The notes under the pieces: generated by a model | The model's database searches: none | What the model was told of the DNA's origin: nothing | What the model saw: only the letters and a program-made list of their open reading frames with translations | Shown here: positions 21,503-35,771 of the stretch, piece after piece | Layout: every line of letters starts with the position of its first letter | How positions within the stretch are numbered: position 1 is the stretch's first letter | Assembly: GCA_964016885.1 (NCBI GenBank) | Contig: OZ024740.1 | Span: 211,048,001 to 211,112,000 of the forward strand | Reading direction: 5' to 3' | Source: Eledone cirrhosa | Lineage: Eukaryota | Length of the DNA: 64,000 bases | Position numbers and translations under genes: made by a program

Positions 21503-24122
21503 CACGCACGCACGCACGCGCACACACACACACAATTAGGTTAAATTCACATTTTCATGTCAAACAAGCACGTTTTGCAGCAGGAATATTTCCATACTTC
21601 TTGAGACTGACATATTGGAAAGAAATGTATGTCGGACCCTAGGGCTGAGTGCTCTACCAACTTTGGATATAAAACTTTATTTACGAAATTCAGCAGTTTG
21701 CTGTCAAAATAGTAAGAGCTCAGCTGTCGGGCCCTGATAATCTACCACACACACAAACACATACAAATAGTCTAACCCATGCTAGCGTGGAAAGTGGACG
21801 TTAAACGAGGATGATGATGATGATGATGATGATGATACATATATATATATATCATAGACACAAATATACATTAAATAATGAAAACATATTCCATTTCATT
21901 ATCTATTTAAAAATTTGCTTAGTTATTTCTCAAAAAGAATATCATTTATTTAATATCCATATTTAATAACTAAAATATCCACTTCCCTCAGCATATCTGT
22001 ATAGTTGATTGGGAGAGGGTGATGGCTGGATGATGGGTGGTGTCCTCAATGACTGAGGTATAGTATTTAAAGTGTGCTACAAATATAGAACATCAAGGTG
22101 CATCATTGACACAGATTGCTATAGGAGATACTACACCAGTTTCACGGATCAATCACCAATATTATTTAAGCAGGAAATTCATGCATTTTACCAGCAATTC
22201 ATGCAAAAGTTTTACATTATCAAAACAATGGGGGAAAATAAAGCAAAAATTTGTAAAAATAAAAAATTTTTTAAATCATATTTATCTACACTAAAATATA
22301 TTTCACACTGTTTTATGGTAGAAATAGAATATTTCTTTTTTAAAACTAAACTTACATGATAATCCCCCAACCCTGCACAGTTTGTTAGTTTTCTAAGATA
22401 AATCAAATTTATACAACAGAAGGCAGGGGCAGGGGGGTAATTTATGGCGTTTCTTTTACTTATGAGTCAAGGTTAATTCCTCCAAGATCTAGAATAAATT
22501 TCATATTTCCTGTCACTCTTAACAACAAATCATTTGGTTGGATAATAAATCATACCGAGAGTGAAATGACTATTTTTCACTTTTGTTTTGAGAAGGATAA
22601 CTACAAATTTAAAATGTTGTAGCAGCAGTAACAAGGTTCAAACTTTGTTTTCATTTTTATGATCCCCTACTTTCCTACAACCACCACATTTGTTTTCTAA
22701 GGCTCAATAATCAATTCCATTTTAGAGCAGTATTAGACCCTTAAATAAAATAAACAGAAAATTGAAATAATTCACAAAAACCTTATCCCCCACCTAATAT
22801 AACACAATTCACTGTTCTATAATTCTATCCCTTCAATAAACACAGAAACAACCTCCTATATCTACAGCAAGATGGGGCATTCAGTAATTGGTGTTTTATC
22901 TTTGTCATTACCAGTATTATTATTGTTTTTTATTATTATTATTAGAGGGGTGCCCTCGAAGCATCGGGTGGTTCAGGATTGGTGGGGTACCTGAGTCGCC
23001 CCTGGGTGGTTCTCGTCCACATTGGGGAATTTTATTGTTGTTTTTTAATGATACAGAGCTGAGTTAGATGATTTAATTCAGCAAATATTTTAACTCAAGC
23101 CCTCCTACTACATCCAACTTTGCCTTCTATTCTGAAGCTTTAACAAATAACGTAACAGTAAATAAACACAAAAGTTGATTCAACTGATTACATCCTAAAA
23201 TATTATATATATATATATACTTATATATATATACATATATATATATATAATGTTTTTCATGCTGTTCCTTCATTCTCTTTCAATGTTAGAAACAACAATA
23301 TAGATACATGAAACTTTGGGACACAACAGCAACAACTACGGATTACTATTTTATCCATGACAGCCAGTCTGATAATCTCCAGTGTTCTGCTATCACACAT
23401 TTTATTGAAGCCAGAAGAATTAAAAGCCAAATATATCAACACCCATTTCAATTTAGAACAGTAGGCACCAAATTTGGTGTTAAAAAATATAAAAATTGGT
23501 CTCTACATCACTATCCTTCACATACAGAAGGATTAAAATATAACTTACACAAAGTGAACATTAGTCTTGTACAGAGGAGCTTTCTTCTGAGTTTGTGCCA
23601 CGTTGAGTTGTCAAGATATATAAATCTATGTATTTAGTGACTAATGAAAAATCCTCTTCCTCCTTATTATACATTATACTTCTAAATCTCTGGGAAAGGG
23701 TATGAACATTTGTACATTTACAATATTTGCAACATTCCATTTCCTCCCCTTAACAGTATCGGTAGAGAGTTGGACGCCATGTTTTCCAGCATAGAGTTAC
23801 GTCCCTTTACGGACTAGTTCAAATCCCGCCGAGGTTAACTTTGCCTTTTATCCTTACGGGGTCGATAAAACAAAGTACCAGTAATGTACTGAGTAATTGC
23901 TGGCCTTGTGCCAAAAATAGAAACAATTATTATTCAGTACATTTATTTAATGGTACAGTAATGTTATGATGTAGTATGCCAGACAAGATAAGGATTTTAA
24001 ACTTAGCTGCATCAATTATATTGGGCCTTGAGGTTAAGCACATTACTGTTTGCACCAGTTTACCAAGTTAAAAATTATTTAATAAGCGAGTGTACACATT
24101 TACATATCACCTTCAAATATTT

Positions 24123-24153
<31 letters not shown>

Positions 24154-24874
24154 AAATAACAAAATAATTTGTTTGTTTAAATTAAGAGTGCTCGATAAAA
24201 ATGTATGTACTAAGAATGTGAAACTAATTTGTAATATAGATATCTATCAGTATTAATTCTAAATGTAACAAACTGATATAGGATAGTCCAATACAGGAAT
24301 AATCTATCAAACAAAGCATGTTGTCAATGAAAATAATATAACAGCTATAAATAGAATCTATTAATTGATCTTTCACCATCAGACATATTCAATAGGTAAT
24401 GAATTGTATTCACTTTTCCATAAGAAAATCCAAAACATATTTACAGCATGCTATATACAACAATATTTGAAAACTACATCAATAGTTGAAGCTGTTTCAT
24501 GGAGGCTTAGTTGTATAGCTGGTGTCCAATCCACTCCAGAGCCTCCTCACTCCTGTTGGAGGAACCCCTTTCTGGTTGACCGCTACCACATTCTGTTTGG
24601 TTTTAGTCATGTTAGGGGTGTAGCCGTACTCACCACACTCAGCTAATTGTGGGTTAGTGAGACTAATTAACTGAGGAGTTCATCCACCCTTTTAACAACT
24701 CTTGTGCTGCTGGGGTTCACTTACCTTCCTCACCAGACCAGGGTCTCGTGGGAGAGCCGACTTAGTTACCAACCCATACCATGGTCTGCTGGGAGAGCCG
24801 GTTTAGTTGCCAACCCAGACCAGGGTCTGGTGGGAGAGCCGGTTTAGTTGCCAACCCCTTGACCATGAAGCAGG

Positions 24875-24911
<37 letters not shown>

Positions 24912-25881
24912 CTCCAGCCTTCTACTAATCTTTTACAAAACACAAATATACATCTACAAATCTATACATTAACACACACATTCTATAGAACCACAAGAAA
25001 TGGGCCTGTAATTTCTGAATAAGCTCACACTTATCAACACCCTCCAACCACTTTCACACTGATCTTTCCATCATCTTTCAAACATAACTACAGTGGGCAA
25101 TTCTTCTTTCAACTGGTTAATCACAGATTCTTCCCACTTAAAAATACCACAGTGCCCCATCTTCCATATCAAATACTTTCCTTAATCAGAGGTTTATTTC
25201 AATGGAGTTTCCCCATTTCACATTTCTTTCTTCCATCAACAAACTTTTAGCAAATTGAAAGTGTCATTAAGTCATCATGAATCCTTATGAACACTGTTCA
25301 ATTATTTTCTGATTAATATATTTAAAGAAAATAGATAGGATCCAGTAATTATATATATTATTTACACAGGGGTATTCATCAAGAAAATAAAAACTATATG
25401 TTCCTTTGCAACCAATACAAAGCAGTTTCACTATTTAAAGGTTTATTATTTTCTTATGAGAGTAAGAGTAGTGGAGTAGTAGAAAGAAAATGAAAGAATA
25501 AATTTGTAGCAGTTTTTACATCTGCCTCTCTACACTCAAGTTCAAATCCCACCAAGATCCATTTATCTTTCTGAGTCTCAGTAAAATAAGCAGCAGTCAT
25601 GCAATGGTTAATTTGATTGGTGTTACACCTCTGGTGGAAAATTGTAGCCCATAACAATGTTAGAAATATTTCCTTATAATCACGGTTTTGTAAAGGGAAG
25701 CAATACTACTACTTTTACTTATTTTTTCTTAACCTTGGTAATTTCAAATATAAGAACGAATTTAATTATTACCTGTAGCTACTTAAATTCACCTTGCTCT
25801 TCCTGTAACCTAGCTATCAACACCATTTCACATTTGTCCAGCTTACATGATAGATTTAGACAAGCACATTTTATCTGTCAT

Positions 25882-26419
25882 TTACCCTTTCATGTCTGGA
25901 TTTCTAATGAAATATATTTTATTTTAATTAATTAATGAAGAATTTTGAGGGATTTACTAAAATTATTAATTATTTCATTACTAAGATAGTAACTGAATGT
26001 AAGGTTTTTATATAAAATTATGTTGGAAGATTTTAATATAAATTGGAAACCTTTAAAATGGGTGACTTTATTTCATAGAACCAGAGCCAGTTTTGGCCGG
26101 GTTGGTAACCACAATCAATTCAAACAGACAGTTTAGAATGCCTTTTGAATTGAGTGAGGTGTAGCAGTGTGTCAAGAGGTAGATCAATCCTTTAGTTACC
26201 AACCCAGTCAAAACCAGCCCTGGTTCTATGAAATAAAACCACACATTTTAAAGGTTTCCCATTTAAATTAAAATCTCCCAACATAATTTTATATAAGACC
26301 CTTACATTCAGTTACTATCTTAGTAATGAAATTAATAATTTAGTAAATCCCTCAAACATTTTTATTAATTAATTAAAATAGAGTATATTTCATTAGAAAT
26401 GCAGTCAGGAAAGGGTTAA
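25882..26419. mobile_element. Two oppositely oriented copies of a roughly 230-bp TTAA/CCCT-type MITE
   Basis: 25882-26110 is the reverse complement of 26189-26419. A third copy lies at about 39290-39978. Confidence 0.85.
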
Positions 26420-27004
26420 GAACAATCAAAATGAACCTCAAACCTTACATTTAATGGTGATATTTCTTCTAACCCTAGTTTTAGAAATTTTCTTTATAGC
26501 CTGAACCAGCCTCACAAATAATCTTATTTATCTCACCAATTAATTACAATTATTTATGGTATGATGTAGATGTCAGTTAAAAACGTTTTTGGAACAAGTA
26601 TTATCTCTTCACTGGAACAACTATTATCTTTTCACTCAATAATAATTAATAACAATAATAAAATCCGTTTTTAATTAAAAAGAAAAACGAAAAAAAAAAT
26701 ATTAAACAAAACAACTGTAAAACAAAATAAAAATAACAAAATAAAGTTTAAACATTTCACCAATTTTAACCGGTACTCTATAATGTTAATAAGGTGATTC
26801 TAAATCTACTTTTTTATAACTTAGATAATTTCCTTTTCACAATAAGTTAAAGGGTTTTAGCTTGTTTATATTAGTAACGAAGCGCATAAAGAATGTTAAT
26901 TTGTATGTAATTGAATTATCTATTTGTGCACAGCTAGAGAATACCAATTGGGGTTTATTCTGACTTGCTATGGATTTAAGAAGTGAGAAGTAACCAATAT
27001 TCAC

Positions 27005-27106
27005 TTTAAATATCCGTGCACGTGTCTCATTATATTCTTGTAGCCTTTCTTCTAAAGATTTGGTTCTTGATGATCTGGACAGGTGGGGCTTCTCTATGGT
27101 GTGGGT
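27005..27106 (-). CDS. R3HDM1: R3H/SUZ protein exon (SUZ domain C-terminal half)
   Basis: cag|THTIEKPHLSRSSRTKSLEERLQEYNETRARIFK|gtgaat; matches the SUZ motif KSxEERExEYxxARxRIF; phase 0-0; donor is weak. Confidence 0.85.
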
Positions 27107-30100
27107 CTGAAAAATATATTATTTATTCACAGAGTTGAAGAGAGAAATTATTTAAAACAAAAAATAGTAACATGGTTAGAAACGTAGTAAAAAATAATAA
27201 TAGAAAGGATAAAAACTATTGAAATTATAAAAGAGGAAGAGTGGAGATCAGGGGGCAATATTTTAATTTTAGTTACAAAGTACATTAAAAAGGGAAACAA
27301 AAAAGTTCAAAATAAAAATAATCTTTTAATATCAATTTTTCAGTATGATTATTAGGTAAGGTGCCTCCCATAAAAAAAAAAAAAAAATTCTAAAGATTTT
27401 AATATGAACAAGAGATGAAATAATATAAGGTTCTGACTTTGATCACAAATATATAGGTGGATATAGTCGATTGAGTCTCCCCTTGTATTTGACTGCTACT
27501 AATTTTATTGACAAGAGAGGAATGAAAGGCAAAGTCTAGTAGGTTTTGAACTCCGAACATAAAAGGATCTACCTAAATACTTTCCTGTTTTTGCTACACG
27601 ATTATAATTTAATTGATGCTATATAAAGTAGTAAATTTCCATAAATCAACAGAAAAAGAAATTAATTGAACAAAAAAAAATGAATAAAAAAAGATACATT
27701 ATAGGTAAATATCGTTTTGCTTGAATTAAGTTCAATGCATAATATTTTTGTAAGATATGTCTATTGACTCAAACTGTTAATTTAAAAATATGAATTAAAA
27801 TCCACATACACATGTGCATGTACGCATGCACACACATACATATAAAAAGGATAAAGATCCCGTAACTGTTTGTGGAGATGTAGAGGCACCATCATATGGC
27901 ATGTCAAGGGCACATTTAAATCCGGCGGAGCCCAACCCTCTCCAGGTCTGAATACAGCCAATTTTTTCTATAGGGGAAGAATTGACCCTAGTACTGAACT
28001 GGTACTTTTTTTTATCTACCTCGAAAGGATGAAAGGCAAAGTTGATCACGGTGGGATTTGAATTCAGAGCATGTAATGAGGTGGGACGAATACCGTAAAG
28101 CATTCTATCCAACATCTTAACGACTCTGCCAATTCACTTTTACACACATACACATTTGACAAAAATATATCAATGAAATGTCAGTGTCTAATAAATTTAC
28201 CTATTTGAACATGCCACAAAGACAGTTCACATGGATTTGAAGTATATACAAAATAGAATATAAGTTTAACTGGCGACAAAATACCAGATTTTTATATAGT
28301 TTCCATGAAATATTTTTATTTATTACTGATAAAATAATCATGGGTGTGATAATTAGATATTGATTAAAAACTGACTGTTAAAAATATGTCACAGAGGAAA
28401 ACAATACCAGTAATGATATATAGAACCAAATATTAATCATTTTGATTGTAAAAATATCAAAATGTTATACTTTAACAATAGACATTGTTATCATCAAGAA
28501 CAAAATAAAAAATATTTCAAGGTGCGATAACTAAATTCAGAAATAAAATTAAAGGTATACATATATATGTCCACATTGTAAGGTGGTCATGCCGGTGACA
28601 TGAAAAGCCACCTAGTCCATCCTGTTAGATGGTTATTTTAGTGCCACAATAAAAAGCACCCAGTCCACAATGTAACATGGTTGGCATTAGGAAAGACATC
28701 CAACGGTAGAAACCAAGCCAAAATACAGATGTGCATGAGCAAGACATGGTCAACTGATCTGACAGCCCGTCTAACTCATGCATGTGTGGAAATATAGATG
28801 TTAAATGATGATTTTATATATATATATATATATGTATATAATATTCTAATTGTTGAACTTGGAATATTCAAAATATAAAAATTATGATGATAAATAAATA
28901 GTCCATAACATATTTATACTGAGATCTCAATGGTGTAAGGACAATACAATTAGTTGAAACTGGATTGCAGACAGTGTCCTTGGCCTTAGGGACCAGCTCC
29001 CTACTCACCACCATCAACACAGAGTTGGCTACCCACAGATGTGAGCCTCGCGTTCAACAATGCATCTCCCTGACCATGCTCTATTCTGTCCACTAGGACG
29101 AGGCAGCCAACATGAGGGCTCCCATTTGCATATAATAGTGAGAGATGAGGAGAGCAAGAAAGACAGAGGTAGTGAGTGAGAGATGGGGAGAGCGAGAGAC
29201 GGAGGCAGCAAGTGAAAGAGAGAGAACATCAACGCACACACGTACTTGATAAGACAACAACAATAATAACCACAAATGTGAAAGCTTATTATGGCCTAAG
29301 TATATAGTTGTTGTTGTTGTTGTTGTTTAGCCACAAGTCAGCCCTGAATAAATACACCTATGATCAAAAGTATTTTATTCATGATCATTTCTTCTTTTTT
29401 GTTGTTACAAAAATGATAGAGTTTTATTGTAAAGAAGAATTACAGAAATGAGAAAATGGGGAAGGAGTAAGGAAGGGCAAATCTGGCTGTAAAGGAAAGT
29501 ACTATGAAAGACATGAGAGGAAAAGGAGGGAAAAAGCAAGGACTCTATGGCTACAGGAGAAAGGGAGGGGCTCCTTCTTCAGACAGGCTGCTGACATTCC
29601 GATCTTGCGGAGGAGCTCAGCTGTATGGAGTGCTTATACGCCTGATGTCTTGACAGCAACTGGTGTGAAGAGGAAACGACCAGAAGGACGACACAGTCAA
29701 TATATCCTTTATTTTTGACAATAGGGCATATTTTCAGAGCAACACAGTTGCTAGTTCTAACAGGTTGAGTGATTGTGTAGAAATTCAATTCTTAGCTCTG
29801 AGGCATCAAATCCTACAACTTGGTATTATAAAGTCACAAAACATCTGTTATAGTCTTAATGCATTAAGATAAGCTTTATCTAACATGGTGTCAATTTATA
29901 ATAAAATGAATTGAATCAGTCTTTTTGAAATGGGAACTGAACTGCAATGTTGACAAGATATAAAACACTGGTTTTAATAATGGTTGCTAATGGAGACACA
30001 GGGCCAGCAATTTGAAGGAGTAGTGTAGACACATAGTATATATATATAATAATAATAATAATAAATTTTCGATTCTTTGCTTAAACTTTAATCTGTTATT

Positions 30101-30123
30101 TTAATAAATATATATATATATAT

Positions 30124-30565
30124 CATCATCATCATCATCACCGTTTTACGTCCGTTCTTCCACGCTAGCATGGGTTAGACGAGTTGTCCTGTTGTGGGCA
30201 GTGTCCAGTCGGCTGACCTTGTCTTGCTCATACGGGAACTGATTCTGGCTTGATTTCTACAGCTGGATGCCCTTCCTAACACCAACCTCATTTACCGTGA
30301 GTGCTGGGTGCTTTTTTTTCGGGGCGCCTACACGTCCACTTTACAGTGTGGGTTGGGTGCTTTTTTGCCGTGGCACCTCCACGACCACTTTGCAGTGGAA
30401 TGATAGGGACCCCAGTCCTATCATCTCATTTCTACAGCTGAGTAAACTGGAACAATGTGAAATAAAGTGTCTTGCTCAAGGAAACAACACATCACCCGGT
30501 CCGAGAATTGAACACACAACCTTTCGATCGCAAGCCCAATGCTCTAACCACTAAGCCATGTGCCT
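30124..30565 (-). mobile_element. Full composite SINE: tRNA head + CORE-like domain + about 50-bp repeats + RTE tail
   Basis: Near-identical reverse complement of 53127-53558. Confidence 0.88.
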
Positions 30566-32384
30566 TAAATAGTGCAGACACAAATAGTATATCATCATCA
30601 TCCTTTAATGTTCATTTTATCTGCTAATATCTTAATGATTTTACAAAAGAAACAGAAGCTAATTAAATCAAAAAAGGATTTGACAAAAACAAAAAAATAC
30701 AAGATATTGAAATAGATGTTAAGAATCTACCTGGTTCATCTTTTTATTTTTAATGTAAAATAAGATGTTAAGAAATACTAAATAATAGAAAACTACAACT
30801 AACTGAAAAACAAAATAGCAAACATTTGAGCTAACAATCTTTTGAGAAAAGAATTTAAGAACTAATATCAAGGCTTCTCAAACTTAAACTGTTGTAACAA
30901 AACTTAATTTCTATACAACCTCTCCCCCAACATATAATTACAAAACATAATTTACCAGTATTTATTACAATTTACATGATAAAAGAATGAGTAGACCATA
31001 AACACATCTTAATGGTTGAATTATTTTGAATGAGAAAGATGGAGTTGATGAATCTTTACAGTGAGAGTTGGATGGTTCATTCATTTAAATGACCCCTACA
31101 TTTAGAACAGGTCATTTGTAAATGTGACCATCACACCCAATCAGGCATCTGCTAGGTGTGCAATATCCAGCAGATAGTTACCATGAGCCAACAATCTCAC
31201 TTTTACTTGTTATAAAGGAAATGCTAGCTAATAAATTTGTCACCCATAGATTCTGAAGCTTTTATTCACCCATGCCAAAATTATATTCCCTTTTAGGGGA
31301 TCTATATGGACCTCTCTGAGAAGTCCTGGTTTAAATCCAAACTGTTGTATGCAGTATTGAACATTAACATAACTAGATATAAGAGACACTGACTGACTTA
31401 CACAAAACGAATGTAAAAAATAAAGCACATAAAACTAATTAACTTAACCTTTTTAAGGGTTAACTCCAATTAATACTAATTATTTCTAACATTGACATAA
31501 GGCCAACAATTTGAAGCAAGGGGAAGATTGATTATATCAACTCCAGTATTTGACTGGTACTTTATTTTATCATTCTCAAAGACAAAAGGCAAAGTTAACC
31601 TTGGCAGGAGTTGAACTCAGAATGTAAAGACTGTCAATCTGTTGCCATGCTCCTAATAATAATGATTTATTCAAACATAAGCACAAGGCCAGTAATTTGG
31701 GGGGAGGGGAAGTTATATTGACCCAGTACTTAACTGCTACTTTGTATTATCAACTCCAAAAGGATAAAAAGTAATGTTGACTTTGTTGGAATTTGAACTC
31801 AGAACATAAAGGCTGTATGTACTCTATCTGATACTCGAACCATTCCAGGAACCTGTTGCCACAACTTCTAACAATAATAATGATTTCTAGTATAGGCACA
31901 AAGTCAGTAATTTGGGGGGGAGGGGAAAGTCGATTAAATCGACCCCAGTACATTACTGGTGCTTTATTTTATAGACCCCGTAAGGATGAAAGGCAAAGTT
32001 AACCTCGGCGGGATTTGAACTCAGACCGTAAAGGACAGTAACTCTATGCTGCAAAGCATGGTGTCCGACTCTCTACCGATACTGCCAATCCACCATCTTG
32101 ACTTCTTCTAACAATAATAATGAAACAAATTTGATTGAGTATAATTTGTAAAATATATTTCAACAAAATATTATTTTTTGTTACTGTTTATTTGTAAGTA
32201 TGGAAAATTGGATGTAAAATGGTGGTGGTGATTGTGGCAGTGGTGATGATGATAATGGTGGTGATGGTGAAGGTGGTGATGGATGAATAAAGGAAAACAA
32301 AATTAATGTCTCAATATCTTAACTGCGTTGGTAATAAGATTATAATTTTCCAAACTATTAACATCTTTAGTTAGGACTTTTTCT

Positions 32385-32840
32385 ATTCTTCTTTGCCCAC
32401 TTATTCGGGGGGAGGGGAGTCTTCAAACACTCCTTCCAGTAGGTCCTGTCAGAAGCAACCTTCTCCAACTGATCTAGCTGGATACCCAAGCAAGAGCAGT
32501 CAAGCAAGAGCAGCCAAGCTCATGGATGTTATCCAACCATCTTGCTTGGAGTCTACACCGGGGTCTTCTGCCAATTGGCTTTACTCGTAAAATCTATCCA
32601 GCAATTCTTTCCTGGGACATTCTAACCACATACTCATAGTATAGGAGCTATGATCTCTCAATTCAGATAAGTAGCGGCTCTACCTAGAGTGACTCTCTGA
32701 TCTCTGAGCTACGCAATCTATCGAGTAATGTTACTCCAAAGACCCTTCTGAGAAACCCCATTTTGGGTGCTTGTATTTGCAATTGGATTTTTGGTCATTA
32801 CTCAAGACTTATGACTTATGTAAGGTTCGGCATGAATACC
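32385..32840 (-). mobile_element. Degraded RTE-type LINE 3' fragment
   Basis: Reverse-strand remnants resembling LRVEPLLI.IERS.LxxxxxVVRM..ER..GRPR.RL..W.DNI. Confidence 0.55.
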
Positions 32841-35464
32841 AAATTGAAAATAGCGAGATTGGCTTTTATAACTACCTCCCTTCTAATTACTGAATGCTGA
32901 TCAGGCTAGATTTAAACAAGGAACTTTTTATTTATTTCTAAAATAAGGGTGTTAATGATCTTATCCACACTAAAAATCACTTCTCCATATGGAAATAGAG
33001 AATTTCTCAGCTGTCAGTTCACTTCAGTGTGTTAAGTTTCACTATTTTTCTTCCAACTGTCCATTGAATAAATGGCAAAGCATCTGTGCTATTACAACCC
33101 CAAGAATAACAGAAGTTGAAGAGTAACTTCTATCAGTCAGGGAAAGAAGGGCAGTCCTCATGACCCTGACCCTTTTTAGGGTCTCTAAAAGTAGTAGGAG
33201 GGAGGAAAGTACCTTTAAACTGGAGACCTGGTTTAAATGACTGCAACAGAATGAACTCAGCTAAAGTCACCCAAGGGGAGATGTTAAGCCAAGCAACAGA
33301 CTAAGTCTATAAATTTGTTCTCACCAGAGGATTATGAGTTTAGTTTCTTTGACAAATAACATCACAAACTTGTAAAGTCTTTAGTTTCAAACCATCTTGT
33401 TTGCTAGAATAGTATAGCACTTAGATTCCTATATTCAATCAACAAATCTCTTTTCTTACAATTGTAAATTGTCTACCTTTTATTACAAAGTTTCACTGAT
33501 ACACAATATGAAATTTCCAACACTAAACAATCCTCACCCTTTTTTCTCTTGTAATGCTACTTTATTTTTATTTGATTGATTTCTATTGATTTGTTTCTTT
33601 TGAAAATTTCATATTTATATATATTACATAAATTGTGTAGAATAAGGATAGGATAGAAGTTTGAATATTTCATATTCATTCTATATATTACATAAATTGT
33701 GTTTATATGTTCAAAATGAAATATTTTCAAATCAAATCAATAATTAGTGAATTATTTTGACATAAACCAAACTCTTCTTGTTGATATCCTGTACATTATT
33801 AAGTCTACTTATTACAAAACATCTAATGTGTGTATCATCATTTTACATCCGCTTTTCCCTGCTTGCAAGGGTTGGACAGGTCCTATTCAGCACAGTATCT
33901 CTCCACTTGTCACGGTCCTTCGTATGTAGGATATAAATGTTAATCTTCATTTGTATTGTCTGTATATAAGTGAATTATTACCAGTTAAGAGGTAAAATAA
34001 TTAAATACTGCTTTACAGTACATGAGTTTCTGGTGTATGCTTATGTAAAATGTATTACTTGCTGTTTTACAGTACATAAGTTTCTACTGTATGCTTATGT
34101 AAAATGTATTAGTTGCTGAAAAATAGATAACATTCTTCGTTTATGGTTGAACTGTTGGCAGAAGAGCATCCAAGTGTAAAAATCAACAAGTTTTCTAAAT
34201 ATCCAACTCATTTAGGCATAAAAAGGCAGATATAAAATATTCAGTACAGACATTGGATAACTACAAATATTACATTTCTTCCAGTACATGTTATAAATCC
34301 TTGATCCTTTCTAGCATTGCTCTACAATGTGTTTACTTTGCTTTCCTAAGCCATCTGGTAATTTTTATGTTTGAAATTGCTTATTCATACACATACATAT
34401 AACAACAATAACAACAATAAATGCAAAGTACAACGCTTCTTTATTTTATTGGTTTATTTTGAAAAGCAATTTATTCCACATTTGTCTTCTTGGACCAAAA
34501 ATCACTTGTCTAAAACATTAAATTGTATAGAAGTATTTTATTTCTTGTATTAGCTCCCAGTAATTTTCAATACCAAATATATTCCTTTACCTTATTTATA
34601 ATTGACATTCATTAGCATATCCATGTCAAGGAGATCTTCATATGAAGAATTACCGACCTCTTCCAACCCATGCAAGCGTAGAAAAATGGACATAAAAATG
34701 ATAATAATCTGGCTTGACAACCTCACAATATTTCAGGGAACTCATTGATTTTGTCTTTTTAGTTTTTCAGTTTCCATTTTGTTTGGCTACTTCAATGGTT
34801 ACAGTAAGTTCTTCTTGTTCACATGATAGACTCATCTTATTTATATCTAGCACTGTTTCACTTGGAAGTGAACACCCCTCTTGTTTCAATATATTTCAAT
34901 ATCACAATCATTTGTGTGTGTATGTGTATTTTTTGTGTAATTTTCTGTCATGAAGGTTCATGAGTTAGTGGTTAAGATGTTGGATTCCTAATCATAAGGT
35001 CATAGGTTTGATTCCTAAATCTAGCAACACGCGTTCTTGAACAAAATACATTATTTCACATAGCTCTCTCTGCCAGGAGCTGCAACTGGCAGATAATATT
35101 AAAATGGAAACATTGTTTCCTTGGTCCAATCTGTCCAGATCTTTAATATCTCTTTCTACTTTCATTTCCTCTTCATGATTTTTTTTTCACATTTTCCTCC
35201 AAATTCAGTATTTAATTAGGTTTTTAAAGTTTATTTCCAAACCCAGGTGTTACAGTGTACCAAGGAAGGTGAAATGAAATAGCTTCTTGTTGTGTCCAGA
35301 AAAGAAGTCCCAGACTTTTAATCTTCAATTATAATTCTATTCACATCTAGAATACTTTCTAGAAGTCAGAAATTGGAAGTTGTGACATTCATGTTTTCCT
35401 TAAGAACATTATTAACATAACGAAAATTTAAGTGTTACTGATGAAAATCTATTATTAGAGAACA

Positions 35465-35771
35465 GCTAGATGTCCTGGGTAATGGGCCAGTAGCAGGCCA
35501 TGGACCATTTGGTACCAAGCTGCTAAGAAACCCATCACTATTGGTGAACAGTTGATCCTGTCACTAAGGATATTTGCAATGAAGTTTTAGAAGAGGCTGA
35601 CTGCAGTTAGAAAGGTAGCAATGGTTCCTCTTTTGGCTAGCGCCATAACTAGAAGAATTGATGAAATAGTGGAGGACATTGAGGTACAATTGTTGAAGAG
35701 GATTAATGAATCGGTGGAGAAATTGTCTTGCATGGTACTGATCAGTGGCACAAAAAGGTAGGTGACCACTG
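35465..35771 (+). mobile_element. Internally deleted hAT-Charlie element
   Basis: KKPITIGEQLI..KDICNEVL..VRKVAMVPLLASAITRRIDEIVEDIEVQLLKRINES (ZBED5/Charlie-like); 3' end caaaaaggtaggtgaccactg. Confidence 0.7.

Noticed and set aside
29029-29790. GC-richer patches with short ORFs and an ATTTGCAT octamer as exons or enhancer
   Set aside because: No phase-compatible splice pair or protein similarity was recognised, and a single octamer is expected by chance.
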